A DNA stretch of 64,000 nt from Bilabrum cf. latius (lineage: Eukaryota): NCBI GenBank assembly GCA_965178125.1, contig OZ237735.1, positions 2,294,001 through 2,358,000 of the forward strand. Direction: 5' to 3'. A model generated the notes under the pieces. That model ran no database searches. It was not told the origin of the DNA and saw only the letters and a program-made list of their open reading frames with translations. The position numbers and the translations under genes are program-made. The stretch's first letter is position 1, and the number at the start of each line of letters is the position of its first letter. Below, one piece after another: positions 1 to 13,525 of the stretch.

Positions 1-3000
1 TGCTGCGAGATGCGCTTCGTTCAAGTGCAGCATCCAACTCGCTGCTCATTGGCTGAAACTTGTGATTGGTATCACGTTCGTGACTCTTGCAAACCGCTGT
101 TCGAAAGCATTGCTCGTCTACAGTCAAAACTCGTTGATTTCGAGCTCCAGGCAACAGCTCGAATGGGTGATTCGCTGTAGATCGCACTGGTCGCACTGGC
201 TCGTTAACAGTCCGCGGCACTATGAACGAAAATAGTCGCAAGGGTAGAGACCTGGCACACTGATCAATGTCTCTTGTCAACAAGGACACAAGAACCGCGT
301 AGCCACGAGCAAGCTGCATGGAATGTAGCTCTGAATCGGCACGACCCTCCTTCATGGCAGAGGCAAGGACGCTTGCCAACTTTGAAAAAACGCGCCTAAC
401 TCCCGACACACCGGTGCGCTAACTATCAGCGAGTAGGTGCTTCTTGATTCCGACCCACACTCTATTCGCCCAGGAGGCAATCGACAGGGTCGTCGAGCCT
501 CTCATGATTGCACCGCTCGTAGAGACGAGTGGGTCGCCTTCCTCCCAAACAGCTGGGTCAACATTTGCAGCACCATCTGGCCCAGCGGGCGTATTGCTCC
601 AACCCTTCAAGATAGAGGAAGTCACAGCCACGTCGTCTTGCACAGCTGCAGTTGACAAAAGAAGCAACAGTGACTTGCAGTGCTCCATGGAGCTGGACGG
701 CTCCGCAGCAATACGGCGCGCAAGGCTGACACACAATTCAAGGAAGTCGTCGTGGCGTCCGGTGCTTTTCCGCAGAAGGCTAGAGACGATACTGACCATG
801 GAAGATAAAGCATCGCTATGCTGCTGTAGCGGATGCTTCGGAACCAGGAGCCTCTTAGCATATTTCCACAGCTCCTGCTGTCCATAGGCTTCAGTGTAAG
901 CAAAGGCGCCTGCCCTCAAAGATAGTAGCGAAGCTATTGATGGGGTTGCAACTGGCATGGACTGCCAAACTGCGCATGGCAGCCCGCACGAGTAGACCAC
1001 GGAGGTTTTCTTTTCTTCTGAGCAATCGTAATCGCACGATGGGCACCGCCCGAAGGATTTTGCACTGGACATACCGCACTCCCTGCAGACGTACTTCGTG
1101 TTGGTCTAGACTGCACCGTCAAGACGAGCCATGCTCTCAACTTTAATGCCCTCTCTAGCAGCGATGTAAGCCATAAGTGGGTTCAACTCTTGCTAAACTT
1201 TTGAATTGGTTGGCGAAGCCAAAAGGATCTCGCAAGCATCGCCCAACGCTTGCAATTCCAGCGAGACGACATCGTTCGGTAGCCGCGACATCGTTGAAGC
1301 GGCCTTCTCCATGCTTTCATGGGCAGTGAGGCAGGCGTGAAATTGTTTTGCGCACCTGATTAGTTCGGTCATCTCAGCAACGACTGACACACCAGACACC
1401 GACTCAGGCGCACTGGGAAGGCTGTCGAGATACATGTGAGTGCTGTTCCTGCAAGCGCCCTAGCTCCTCGGTGAGCATCCTGAGGAAGCTGAAATGACCG
1501 GACCGAGGTCAAACCCTGGCGTAAGTCGATCGCGGTACAGCTCATCATCCGAAATATCGGCCCCGGTTCTGAACGCTGCACAAGACCCAATTGGTGCAAA
1601 GCCACTACCTGGACCACCAACCTAAGTGGTAATTGCGGTGATTTCTGGTGGAGACCACATGCCCTCACCTATGATAGGCTGCGCACTGACGAAAGGTATG
1701 GAGGATCTGGGTAATTTCTCTTCGGCTCCGCTGGTCGTCACGCTTCGCACCTGCTACATGGATCCCACTGCGTGTCTGGCGCGATAGGCACCGTGCTGGG
1801 AGAGCCAAGCATCGACTTTAGCCATGGCCCGTACTGCCGGAGATGCAAACTATTGCTGCGATTTGTCAGCTCGCGGGGTGACTGGCCCCAAGCGTTCCAG
1901 GGCATCAGCCGAAGGAGGCAATCCATCCGAGAAGCAGTCGCTGCATGCGGACGCAATGGCATCCTCTACCAAGACGAATGGCTCCACGTCTACTTTCGAA
2001 TTCGTGATTCTCTCAAACCAATGTTCTCTCATAAGGATTCGTTGAAGCAAGACCTTTCGAAGCTATTGGGCAAAACGAACAGCCGTGTCAGCAAGAACTC
2101 TCCGCGAGTCGACCAGGCCACTAATGGGCGCAAGTGCAGCACCAGTGTATTGGGGTACACTCTGACAGAGCTCCACGCAACTATCGGACAGATCAGTGAG
2201 CTCGGTCAAGAGGAACTGGTAGTTAGGGTACTCTGTCCTGCAAGTTGCTGATGAGGTAGGCTCGCAACCACGGACAATGCACACCTCAATTCCAGTTCGG
2301 TCCAGCGAGCGCAGCATTGGTAAGTTTGGATTTGCTCGTTGACGCGGTTCAAGGCATTGGACGGCGGTTCCACTGCAAATGGCAGATATCACGTCCCTTT
2401 GTGCGCAAGTGGTTCCATCCATGGCCTGCCGCACCAACATCTGGTGCCTCTGAGCATTTCCCTCGCGGTTCAATGCGTACATCTCCCCAGCTGTACCGAC
2501 CGAAGGACATGAATGGCTCCGCGCGATGGGTGTCCAGGTTCCACACGGATCTGAGGATCGGAAAATCCAGTCATCCATTGATGTCACTCGGTGCCTGACA
2601 TCAAGAAAGCCTTCTGAACTCAACTGCGACTCACCTACCTCTTCGCGCTCAACTTGCAATGAGGGAATTTTAATTGGACTGGACGAGCTACTACTATCGC
2701 TGAAACGACCTAGACGTGGCAGCGAGGAGTCAGCATGCTGTACCTGTACAATTACTGCCCGGCCGCTGAAAGCAAACTGGCTTGCGTCTGAGTCCGTCGC
2801 TACAGTAATCTTGCTGAGCGCGTGCTGTGATAAGACAAACGACTTGTGCATAGTCGTGACGCTACCGCCAGGTATCTAAGCCTCAACTGAGACAGACTCG
2901 AGGTAGTCTAGAAGGCCAACTGCACCAAGACTACTTTCTGAAGCAGCTTCCAAATATGCATGTTTCTGGTAGTCTCTCAAACTAGTGTTGAGCGGAAACA

Positions 3001-6000
3001 CAGCAGGATCGTTTCCAGCGGTGTATTCCCAAGCAAATTGATTGGATCCCCAACAACTGGCATTGCGCAAAGAGGCCGAAGTCAGGCCACCGTTCTGTAC
3101 ACAAGGTACACCAAGCGGACTGCCTGGGTACTAGGCCTGGAGGCGGCGTTCGTTGGTTTCATCAATCGCAGCAATGGTTGCGATGTGAGCGTCCAAGGAG
3201 TCGTTCATTGCCCACTTCAGTTCAGAGTAGCACCCAGTCTTGAGAATAGCGTCTACCTAACGCGCCAGCATCTCTGCATTGAAACCGTCGTAAGGCGTTG
3301 AACCAGCGCCGGCGCGCTCGTGCTCAAATGGTGAGACATTACTGGCAATAGCCGACTGAAGTCGTTCTGCAGACTCAGTCCTTCGCCTGCACACTGAGAG
3401 AACATGTGCCAAAAAGTCACCAACGGTTTTTTTCAATGAAGTGGCCACCTCCGGCACGCTTGGCATGTCTGGTGATCTGAACAGGTACCTAGTTTCCCAG
3501 GACTCCTGCTCAGGAGAAAGTGCCGGCAAGGCACCATCGGCTCCATCGCTTTGCTACGAAGTACTGCTGGAAATGGCACTCTACGCGGTATTCGACAGCT
3601 TGAACCCGTTGAGGATCGCACCGGCAGCATCGAGCAATCTGCGTAGCCCCATCGCAACCATGCGAACTCGTAGTCTGGAGATATGCCCGCCGTCAAAGCT
3701 AGCGGTTGGAGGCTGTGTGATGAAAGATATGCGCAAAATGTCAAGCGTGAACTTGTCATCCTGGCAACCTTTGATGCCATTGATGAGGTTAGCAATGGCC
3801 GGGGCTATGCTCCTGGAGAGAAGCCAGCTTGCAACTGCGAATGGCGATGTCTCATTCTGTGCAATTGAGCTCGATAGAACCATGGCATCAGATAGTCGCC
3901 GAGCAATCTGCAATGCTGAATTGACGTTCTCAAGAAATGTGCAAAGCAGCTGCATCGTGTTTGGGGACCTTGGCCAACGCCTGCAGCCACCGTCGACCTG
4001 CCAGACGTCGGGGTCAACCTTGGGGACCTGCACGTCTGCATCAGCCACCATTGCTTGCCGAATTCGCCGCAAACGCTTTTCCAAGGCCTGCCTTGCATGC
4101 TTGCGGTACATATCACGAGAAGTCATGCTAGACTGGGAGTTTGACGTTCGGTCACTCTTGCTAGTAGTGAAGGCTAGCCTGGCGGCTCGAGCTCGCTGCC
4201 GCTGCGACCACGGTGCCTCGCTCAGCAGGCTCAATCGACGCGTACTGCTCCACTCATCAGCAGACACAACGGAATCATCCTCATCATCGCATTCATCGGA
4301 TTCGCTGTACTCTGTGTGCGGATTGCTGGTGAGTCGACGCCACATCTCTGGAACTGCTCTGTCCCTCTTGTCGCTCACATCGCCGTTGGCTTCATACATC
4401 GCCTTCCACATGCTGCTCCATCCCGAGTTCCTTGCGTCTGATTGAGACGTGTGCCAGTGCGACATCCACTGGGGAGGCATCCATCCTGCTAAACTACTGC
4501 GCGGGGCTGCTGCAACGCCTCTAATGCGATCGATAGCGCTTGGTACTGATGATTCGCCCCCTGCACTAGAAGATGCCATCATGGACCGCACCGCCCGCTC
4601 GCAAGTCGAATCGAACAGCGCTTCATCGTAAACATCCTCGTCAGTGCTGCTATCGTTGCGTTGGAAATCAATGTCAGCAATCTTGCGGCTAACGGGTAGA
4701 ATGTGTCCACGCATTCTGTAGCCTCCTTTGCTGCTATGCCTGGGAGCTTTACCAAAAAGCTTTGCATGCTGGCTCGAGTGGACCTAAGAACTGCTCAAAA
4801 CCTAAAAGCAATCCTCCGGTCGCAGCAAGCCTGTCCTAGCCTAGAGCGAGCACTGAAGCGGCCAGGCATCCCGATTGACTCCAGCCGCATCCATCCTGTT
4901 CTTTGTGCTCCAGCGCAACCTGTCCGAAGGGATTGCTCTCAATACTGCGTCTTCCGGCTTCCGCTCCACTGACTGCCTCCATATCTTCATCCACGGAGAT
5001 TGGCCAGAAGCTGTCGACCCGCCGTTTGAATACTACCACAGCACAAACTCAGCTGCTTCGTCCGGAACCTTAGCACTGGTGTCAAATCGCTCGGAAAGCT
5101 CTCTTTCGAGTTCTGAGGCGCAGTGAGCAACCTATCTCCCAAGCCCCTCAACAGCTACTTGGGCTGCCAAGCAAATCCCTGTCTCCGGTGCCATCCACGG
5201 GTCGGGAAGAGCAGAGGCATCCTCGGCTGGAGGCGAATTTATGATCTTCAAGACGTCCACCGTTGTGCAGGCATCATTCAAACGAAAAAGCTCTGTCGGT
5301 GGCATTGCACGAGATTCTTTGGAGATGTGCTGGAAGCTATCTTCTGCACTCGAGACCATCAGCTCGCCAGGACGGGGCCATCTGCGGTGCACTCGAATGA
5401 ACCAGGCCACCCTCTCGAAGCACATGGTCAGGTACTTCATCCGGAACTCTTCTGACAGTAACGAGTCGACACGCGTGATCTCATCATCGCTTACCCAGTT
5501 CGGGTCGTAATAGTACATGCGATCTTCCTTCTTCTTGTCTTTGTGCTTGGCAGCTTCCAACTTCCGCTCGATTTCAGCTTTCTCCCCACGCAAGCTTGCC
5601 ATGCCTTCCAGCTCGTCGATTCGTTGCGAGTACGCCTTAAAGACGGTGCGCTCAGGATCGCTGCCATCTACGCTAGACTTCAAGTCGTCGAACAGCTGAC
5701 TCAAATTGGCACTGGCCCTTTTAGCCTCAACAAGCGACTTGAAGTTGTTCACCTGATGCCGTCCAAGGCGCATGGGCAGGAGCCATCGAGCAATCTCGAG
5801 GCCATACATCGCACTCGAGACGTACGGAATGCCCAGTTCAGGTAGCACAATGTGGATATTACGGCTAGCGCAGGCCGCCATGGTGGCAGCACTGTCTGCT
5901 ACTGTCTGCAGCTTCTCAAGGAGTCCGGCATCGTCTGTAAAGCCTTGTGTGTCCAAGCCGGATCTCATGCCTGCACCGCCCATGATTGGCTCTGACGGTG

Positions 6001-7083
6001 AGTTCACAGCAGCTGCCTGTCTGCCAGCAAGCACTGCGATGCGGTGGCAGCGCCCTGCCATCTTTCCAAGAGATTCCATCATACGAATCCATGGAGACTG
6101 CTTGCCGTACCCGAAGGGGTTCCTATGGCCTTCATCTGAGGTAGCTTCTAGCTAGTTCAATAGAATTGAAGGAACCTCAGCTGCTGCCTCGCATGCGAGA
6201 GGCATGTAGAAGCTGTGCTGCGCGGTAGGTCTTGTCGACAGAGCAGAGTGCAGCGTCTCCAGGGTGAGAGGCTCGCGAGCACGAACAGAGTTCGTCTCGC
6301 CGGCACCTGCCTCGGCTTCGCTTAGCTACTCCAGATTGGGCTCGTATGGAAAAATGGACTCCTCTTGCCTAGTGAAAATGTCTTCAACAACCTCCCTCGA
6401 TACTCTCAATAGACGGGCTAGCTCAAAGAAGTTGCGAAAGCCAAAGTCGTCGTCGTAGACGGCATGGAATTCCATCTACGACCTCAGTGCAGCACAATGA
6501 TTTTGCAGCAGGCGCTTGTCAGCGCCAGGTACGTTCTGCTTCTTGTCAAAGCCGGGCATTGATTCGAGACTGCGAGCTGCGCTTTGGATGACTGCACGGG
6601 CACCCTTCGCGGAGGCGACACTCTTGCGAAAGGCAGACTTCATGCTGTCGGTTACATCTTCTTCAGATTTCCCCGGAAATCGATCTTCGAAGTGATCTAC
6701 GGGATCATAAGTCGACTCGCTCATTTCTAGAGTATTCTGCAGAAACTAGTGCAGGCCTGCGATCGCGACTGTGTCAACGCGCTGGTACAGCGGCTTGGGG
6801 ATCGCAAACCTCGACCTGTTGGGCTTGTCCGCCGCATCGACTATTGCGCGGAGCTCCTACAATCGAACACCAACCCTGCCTAGCACCTGTTCGTGCGCTA
6901 GTTTACGCTGCTCTAGGACGTGCGAATTGGCCATGGTTGCCACTTTTGAAGCGAGGCGGGCTGCTTTGAGACAGCGGGAAGCCGTCCTACGGGTGAACTC
7001 AAGGTGCATGTCGGGTGCGTTTGTGGGGAACTGCACGCGAAAGTCGTGTGTCGGAACCGTATAGTGCTCGCTGCTGGACGCGG

Positions 7084-7122
<39 letters not shown>

Positions 7123-8390
7123 CGGCGCCACTTGAGGATGCCTTAGAGCCAGCGGTGGCACTGCCCGACCTGCTGCCAGCACCTGAAGCGGCTGCCCCTT
7201 GATCCTCATCGTCCATTGGCGCTTGCACGGAGCTAGCTTTGCTGTCGCTTGAGGAACCGCTCCGGCTGGGTGCCCTGGACTCCTTGTCCACGCGCTGAAG
7301 CAGCGGGGTCGGCATGAGCCGAAGTGATCGCGGGAGCTCGTCTTCAGGCACTGGCAGCGTGCTCACACCAGTAAGTGCAGATGCAGCGGATCCCGATTTG
7401 CTTGGGCTTGGTTCCCCTGCGCCTAGGACGCCGTTGCCCCCACGGCTGTCAAAGTAGCTGTCGAGAACTGCAGCAGCCCCGGACACGAGCACGGACAGGA
7501 TTGACAGCCGCGTCTACCCGCAATCTGTGCGAGGAGGGGGGCGGGCTAGATCTGAACAGGCGCGCACGTCACCTTTCTCGTCGTCAGAGACCTGATCAGA
7601 TGACCGCATCGGGGTCGACGAGCCTGCGCCGCTTGCTGGGCCGATGGACCCGTCCGACCGAGCACTTGCGCACGGCTCGTCCTGATGCTCGCCGGCCTGC
7701 TCTGTACCCTCATCGAAGCTACTCTGCGATGCATAAACATAATCGTATCAAAATACGGCGACTGAGCTCGGATTTCTAAGAATTGCATTAATAGCAAGGC
7801 TGCAGACAGGTTTGAAGGTGGCTTCGCGCAAAATGTACGTAGCTCACGTTAGCAGCCACGTCTTGCGAACGCCCATCCACTTCTGACGAAGCCTGCTTGG
7901 ATTCATCATTACTCTGGGCAAAATATTGCAAGATTTCGTCCAAGTTGCCGTGGCGAACGACGGCCCGGAACAGTTGCTCCGGCTCCGCTATCACATAGAG
8001 ATCCTTCAAAATCTCAACGCCATCGCGGAGCTATGGGGAAACCAAGCGATACGACGTTGAAATCAACTCCGGGTCATGCTTGGACAGCCTGCCGACTGCG
8101 TCCAAGTACTAGTTGAGCAGGCCCCGCAGCTATTGCCTTGCCGCCGGCCCAGCCTGTGGCCGCACGGTCGGCTCAAACACGTCCCTTATGAACGAATCCA
8201 CTGCATTCCCAGCAGAAGATCCAGTATCACCAATTACTTTGCGAAGCAGCCCAAATATACGAGATAGGCTGGCTGAAGCTTGCCGTAAGCTGTTCACTGC
8301 CTCAATCGTCGATGTATCCAGTCGCCTCGCGGCAGCCAATGATGCCTCAAAATTGATGACAAGCATCTTCATGGGGTTCTTTGTATTCAT
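1..8390 (-). CDS. Very large hypothetical protein (>2750 aa, runs off the window end), one predicted intron 7724-7847, many in-frame TAG codons
   Basis: Minus-strand ORF fragments ending at 419, 1193, 1850, 2063, 2876, 3257, 3581, 5132, 6476 and 6857 share one frame and all end in TAG. Manual translation of most linkers, and of 418 down to 1, shows no TAA/TGA. The first exon (8390-7848) joins through GTGAGC...CATCGCAG in phase 0. No domain recognised; start codon tentative. Confidence 0.75.
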
Positions 8391-8565
8391 CGTAGTTGGC
8401 TGTTTAGTCTAGTATGGCAGAAGCCGTCTGCTGCAACCTGCCGACGAATTGTCAAATATGCCTGTCGGTCGCGCACCGATTTGTAATTTGTAAGGTGCTA
8501 TTTTGGCCGAATTCGATCGCCGCGTCGTGTTGGACGATTACTCTTTTATAAGGGCTTAGTAACAT

Positions 8566-10501
8566 ATGCGCGTGGTCACTTTGCATGTCTCGCTTATTCT
8601 CGCCTGTTTGTGCGCCAATGCTTGCGGGAAGAAGCCAAACGTGAGCAAACCCTTGAGCAGACTTTGCATTGCGTGCATCGCCCCGGTTGAGCCGGTCCAC
8701 TCCTTTTGTTCCATTGATTCCTCGTAACGCAGTTTGTATTTATCGTTGCTGATGATTTGCGTCGTGAGTGCTGGCGCATGTATTGCATTATTACCGGTTA
8801 CTCAGTCTCAGTCGACCCTGACCGTATATTCGCACGTCTTGTTCACGATCCTACGCTGCAGCGGAGCTTAGCGGCCATTACGGGTACGGCAGTAGTGTGT
8901 AGACTCCTGCTTTTGAACGGATCATGGCCCGCGGAACAACTTTCATGCATGGCTACACGCAGATCCCGATTTGCTCGCCAAGCAGAACTTCCTTTCTGAC
9001 CGGCAAGCGACCCGATTCGAACAAGGTTTGGTACATTGGCCCGTACTTCCGGGATATCGCGACGTGGCCTGAAGGCAGTAACGCAATCACCTTGCCGCAG
9101 AAGCTCAGGCTGGAGGACTGGAACGTCACCGGGTTCGGTAAGATCTTCCACCCTGGCTCCAGCTCTGGCGGCCCTACAAAGTCCGTTGGGGGCGGCGACA
9201 TGCCCTACAGCTGGAGCGCTGATTGGTAGCAGCTGCCTCCCAACACCACGACTGGTTATTTTTGGTGCGACCAGTTCTACGGGGGCGAGGTACAGAGCCC
9301 AGCGAGCGTGTCGTGGCCGGCAGGCACTGGGTGCGTGCAGAGCCTCGAGTGCCGCGAGTGCCTCGCGAAGCACTTCTCCCTTGGGCTGCAGCCGGGACCG
9401 AGGTTCTCCGCAGCCTTCCCACCGTGTGACGAGTCATGCTTCCCCGACGGCCTGGTGGCAGACGAGGCCATCAGGCACATCCAGTGGAAGAAGCAGCACG
9501 GCCACGACGAGGGCTGGGCCCTCTTCGTCGGAATGAAGAGGCCGCACCTCACATGGATGGCACCAGAGAAATACGCAGATCTTTACAAGAACAGGTCCCT
9601 GCCGCAGCCGCTAAACCCGCGTCCCCCCGCCGGCGACTACCCCACGGTCTCGTTCTACCAGAACGGCGAGATGACAGGGTGCTCGGACCTGTAGGGGGAG
9701 ACTTACGAATGGACCAGCCCGGAGGGGGACGGCCCATTCACACTGATTGACGAAGACCAGTACCCGCGCCTGCGCAAGGCATACGTGGCAAGCATCGCAT
9801 ACATGCAGGCCCAGGTTGGCCGCGTCATTGATGCACTCGATGAGGCTGGATTCGACCCTTGGATCATCGCCACGGGAGACCACGGCTACGCACTCGGCGA
9901 GAATGGGGAGTTCTGCAAGCAGAACCTCTTCGAGACCGGCACGCGCGTCCCATACATCGTGGCCCCACCCCTCGGCAGCACAGGGCCAGACGGCACCCAG
10001 TGGAACCGCAACGTCACGAGCGACGCGCTCGTGGAGCAGCTGGATTTCTTCCCCACCGTGATGGAGGCGCTGGCTGTCCCCAATTACAATAGCGACAATC
10101 GTTCCATGCCTGGGCAGGGCGGAGAGGCGACCTACACGCTCGAAGGGGCCTCGGTTCTGCCTCTGCTGGCTGGCGAGGACAAGCCCGCGTACTTTGACTC
10201 GGCCTTCTCGTAGTTTCCCAGGGACAAGAAGTACATGGGGCTCTCCATCCGGACCTAGGACTGGCGGTTCACGGAGTGGTTTGAATGGGACTTCACCGCG
10301 GGCAAGCCCGTGTCGTGGGACTCGGTGGGCAAGGAGCTGTACGACCACTCTCGTGACACAGGGGCCTACGGCACCTTTGATCTAGAGAGGGAGACTTTGG
10401 CGGGCGATCCGAGGTATGCAGGGGTGGTGCAGCAGCTCCAGTAGCAGCTGCGGAATACGTGGGACACAGACAAGGCGCAGAGGATGCAGCGATTCACGTG
10501 A
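8566..10501 (+). CDS. Iduronate-2-sulfatase-like secreted sulfatase (~581 aa); exons 8566-8640, 8733-8763, 8862-10501
   Basis: Signal peptide MRVVTLHVSLILACLCANAC, then KKPN|FVFIVADDLR|PEL. Catalytic motif CSPSRTSFLTG, plus GKIFH, KRPH, GDHGYALGE, AFS*FPR, SIRT*DWRFTEW and ELYDH. In-frame TAG at 8900, 9227, 9692, 10211, 10256, 10442; ends TGA 10499-10501. Introns GTGAGC..CGCAG (92 nt) and GTGAGT..TGCAG (98 nt). Confidence 0.92.
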
Positions 10502-10623
10502 AGGGGGCAGTCTCGGAGTGGATCTGCCAGCTGTTTGCGTGTGCCAGACTATGAACCAAGTGCATTCCTACACTTTTTTTGCGTTTTATGATATATATGA
10601 CACTACCACGCAGTTTTACTTTT

Positions 10624-12043
10624 TCACTTGTCATCAGTCATGGCCTCTCGCATCGCCGATCGCAATTCCTCCCTTGTCACCGTCTTCGCACCCCCACCCC
10701 CGCTGTCACTGCTGCTGTCCCTGCCCGCCAACACCTCCTTGGTTGTAGGAAGACGCATTCCGAACGTAGTCAGCTCAGCGTCGCCGGCAGGGTCGGCCTC
10801 GCCGGCTCGAGCCGATGCCAAGGCCGACCGGACTGACCTGAAGACCTCCTTGGATGCCCTTGACGCAACGGCCACAGCAGCACTGATCTCCTTGGCATCC
10901 ATGACCCCCTGCCACCCGCCCGGGCTGCTTGCTCCCGCCCTCTCTCCAACGTACGACGGTACCGTGGCTCGTGGCACGGCACTGCTGCAGCCTTGGATTG
11001 GAGCAAGTGTCTCGATTCGGGCCACCGTCTACTCGTTACTACCACGTAGGGTGCCCGTGCCCGGTCCTGCTTCGGTTGCAGCTTGCAAACCTACCATAAC
11101 GCGGGCCGATGCGATTGATTCCTCTTCGGCCGTGGCATCAGCGATCCAACGCCCCCCCACTCGAGACAAAGTGAGCGGGATGGGCATGCAGTCGACGCCC
11201 GCGGCCTCGACCAAAGACACGCCGTCGGCCACGTCGCCATCCAGCTCGATATCGTAGTCCATCCGTGGCGCGACGTGCTGTTCGCTTCCAGCGGACCCAG
11301 CGGCGCTGTGTCCGGTGGCAGTGCCCGGATTTGCATCTGCTGCTGCGGCTTCGATTTCCTCGAGCATGCTTGCGATGCCGTCGGAAGGAGCGGTGGGCTT
11401 GCCGTCGTCGATCGGCTCTACTGGAACTATGCGTAGCCGCGGCAGGCTGCGATGCATTGGGGGAATAACGCACAGAACAAGGATTTTTTGTGCGCAACTG
11501 CTCGCAACAACTGAGTTCGGTTGCGAAATCAACATACCTTGTATCGTTGAGAGCGGCGAATGCTGCCAAGCCGCAGGCATCCAGCACAGAGCCTCCGTTG
11601 CCCAGAACGACCAAGTCAACCCATAGCTGCCACGCATACTTCTTCGGCAGCACGCAGAGGCCAGCAAGATTGATGCATCCCGGCGTGTTGATAAGCGACT
11701 CAACCGCAGTCCGAATCTAGGACGCCGTTTCGTTGGCAGGCTTGCCATCGTAGTCCCGAACGGCAGATGCCCAGAACTGCACTCCCACCCCAATGCTTCC
11801 CTACAGCGGGCTCAATTTTTCTGGTGACGATAACTCAGCTTTCACTATAGCTAGTACATCCACGCCACCATGAAGCGTTTGAACTCTTGCTGAGCCATTT
11901 GCCGAAGGCACCAATCCGCACCGAATTCTGCAGAATCTGAACTCTAACAAGCTCCTTCCATCAGCCCGAACGCCTTCCAAGATGCCATCTTCAATGTACT
12001 TTCTTTCTCCAGCCGAAACAATAGGGTTGACACTGCTTGACAT
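10624..12043 (-). CDS. RRP42: Exosome complex RNase PH-like subunit RRP42/EXOSC7-like (~442 aa); intron 11447-11537
   Basis: SAGERKYIEDGILEGVRADGRSLLEFR...SANGSARV...LCVLPKKYAWQLWVDLVVLGNGGSVLDACGLAAFAALNDT...IADATAEEE matches the Rrp42 pattern. In-frame TAG at 11801, 11717, 11029; ends TGA at 10624. Intron GTATGT..TCGCAG (91 nt). Confidence 0.88.
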
Positions 12044-12204
12044 CCTTAAATGGAGACTATCTGAAGACAACTGCACAGCCGTCGATGGGTGCAAGCATTG
12101 CAGCTTGCAGCGATGCCAATCGTTAGTGCCACCGAAAAAACAGTCTTCACGAAGCGGTGCGTTGCAAATTAATAAGTTCTTTTGATTGGACCCGTCTGGC
12201 TGTC

Positions 12205-13398
12205 ATGTCTGCTTTCGCGCCAAAGCTTTCGAACTCGTTCGAGGGCTTAGTCGAAGGAGTTGCACTTGGAACGTACGGCGGCGGCGACGCTATTCGACTG
12301 TACACTCCAATATTGAGCGTTTCGTCTGATTTACCTCACGATGCTGACTTGAAGCACTGGCTTGGCGCCGAGGCAGTGCGAGTTTGTGACAGATGGAAGA
12401 AAATGTACGCCGAGAACGTGCGGGATGGCTCTGATCCTGGTCTTGTCGGCAAGGTTGGGAAACAAATACCGCGAATCGATCATCTGCAGGTACTTTTCAG
12501 CGATGCTGCGGAATGTTCGAACGTATTTGCCCATGGATGGCTTTTCCAGGACTAGCTGTCTGGGCGCGATGTTTGCAACGGGAAGCAGAAGTATCCCATT
12601 GTGTGCCTGCTTGAGCGTGGCGCGGGTATCCAAACGCGGATTACAGATGATTTAACTGGCCCTGTAGCATCGTGCGGTACGACACTTGTGCCAAGACACG
12701 CTGATTAGCATATCCACAAGACCGACGCCTCCGATGAGCTGTTCGCTGCACTCGGCGGCATGACACCTGCAGAAGCTGGCATGTCCGATGCTGACGCGGC
12801 AGCAATACTCGAAGCACTTGGGGGCGGAGGTGATGGATCTCCCTGGCAGATGGGTAGTGACTCTGCTCGGATCTCGATCCACAGGACGAGGCGAAGAACG
12901 TCATTGGGGGAAGACCCGGGGGGAGTCACCGAAGCAGCCGCGTCGTCGTCGTCGGGCTCATCCCCCTCATCAGGTGCCGCAAGGGGGGCTTTGGACGGCT
13001 CTCCAGACGCAGCCCCACTTGGGACTAGCGCCGTTGCCGCTAGAAAGGGCGACAAAGAAGACGAGCCGCAAATAGCCTGGAGCTGGGTGCTGGTCATGGA
13101 TCCGGAATCTTGGCGAGGCATTGCATGCCTCATTGTCGTGCCAACCGAGGCCAGCCATGCACCCTTGCAGGCGATTGCAAAGCAGGCCAAGGAAGAGGGC
13201 AAGGTGGAGCTGCTACGCAGCGATGCAATCAAGGCAGCGCTCAGCTTGTCGCGCACACAGGCCAGTGACGTTACGTTGTGCTAGGAACTAGATGCTCTTC
13301 TGGGGGCAGGAGGGGCTGGAGCATCAAGTGGGGATGAAGCTGCTGTTGGCGAGGCGGCTGGCAGCGAGGCAGGGTCCGCTTCCGGTGGTGCCATCTGA
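12205..13398 (+). CDS. Hypothetical protein (~397 aa)
   Basis: ORF fragments 12205-12555 and 12760-13284 are one frame, interrupted only by TAG (12553, ~12706, 13282); ends TGA 13396-13398. Divergent from RRP42. No domain recognised. Confidence 0.7.
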
Positions 13399-13525
13399 TG
13401 AATTGCAGAGGCGCTGGAGTAGATTGAAGCGTGATTCCGTACTTGACCTAGCTGGAGTACTTGACGTCAACACTGGCACTATCTTGGATTGAGGTAGGCC
13501 AAGACTCACTTCTCTTATACCTCAA

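Noticed and set aside
7525-7575. Possible intron ending at the pyrimidine-rich ...CCTCCTCGCACAG (minus strand)
   Set aside because: The main frame is open through this segment with TAG=Gln, so no intron is needed; it cannot be excluded without cDNA.
1-8390. Endogenous virus, virophage, Polinton or transposon in the lower-GC region
   Set aside because: No integrase, polymerase, capsid, packaging ATPase, terminal repeats or target-site duplication is visible; it reads as one intron-containing host-coded gene.
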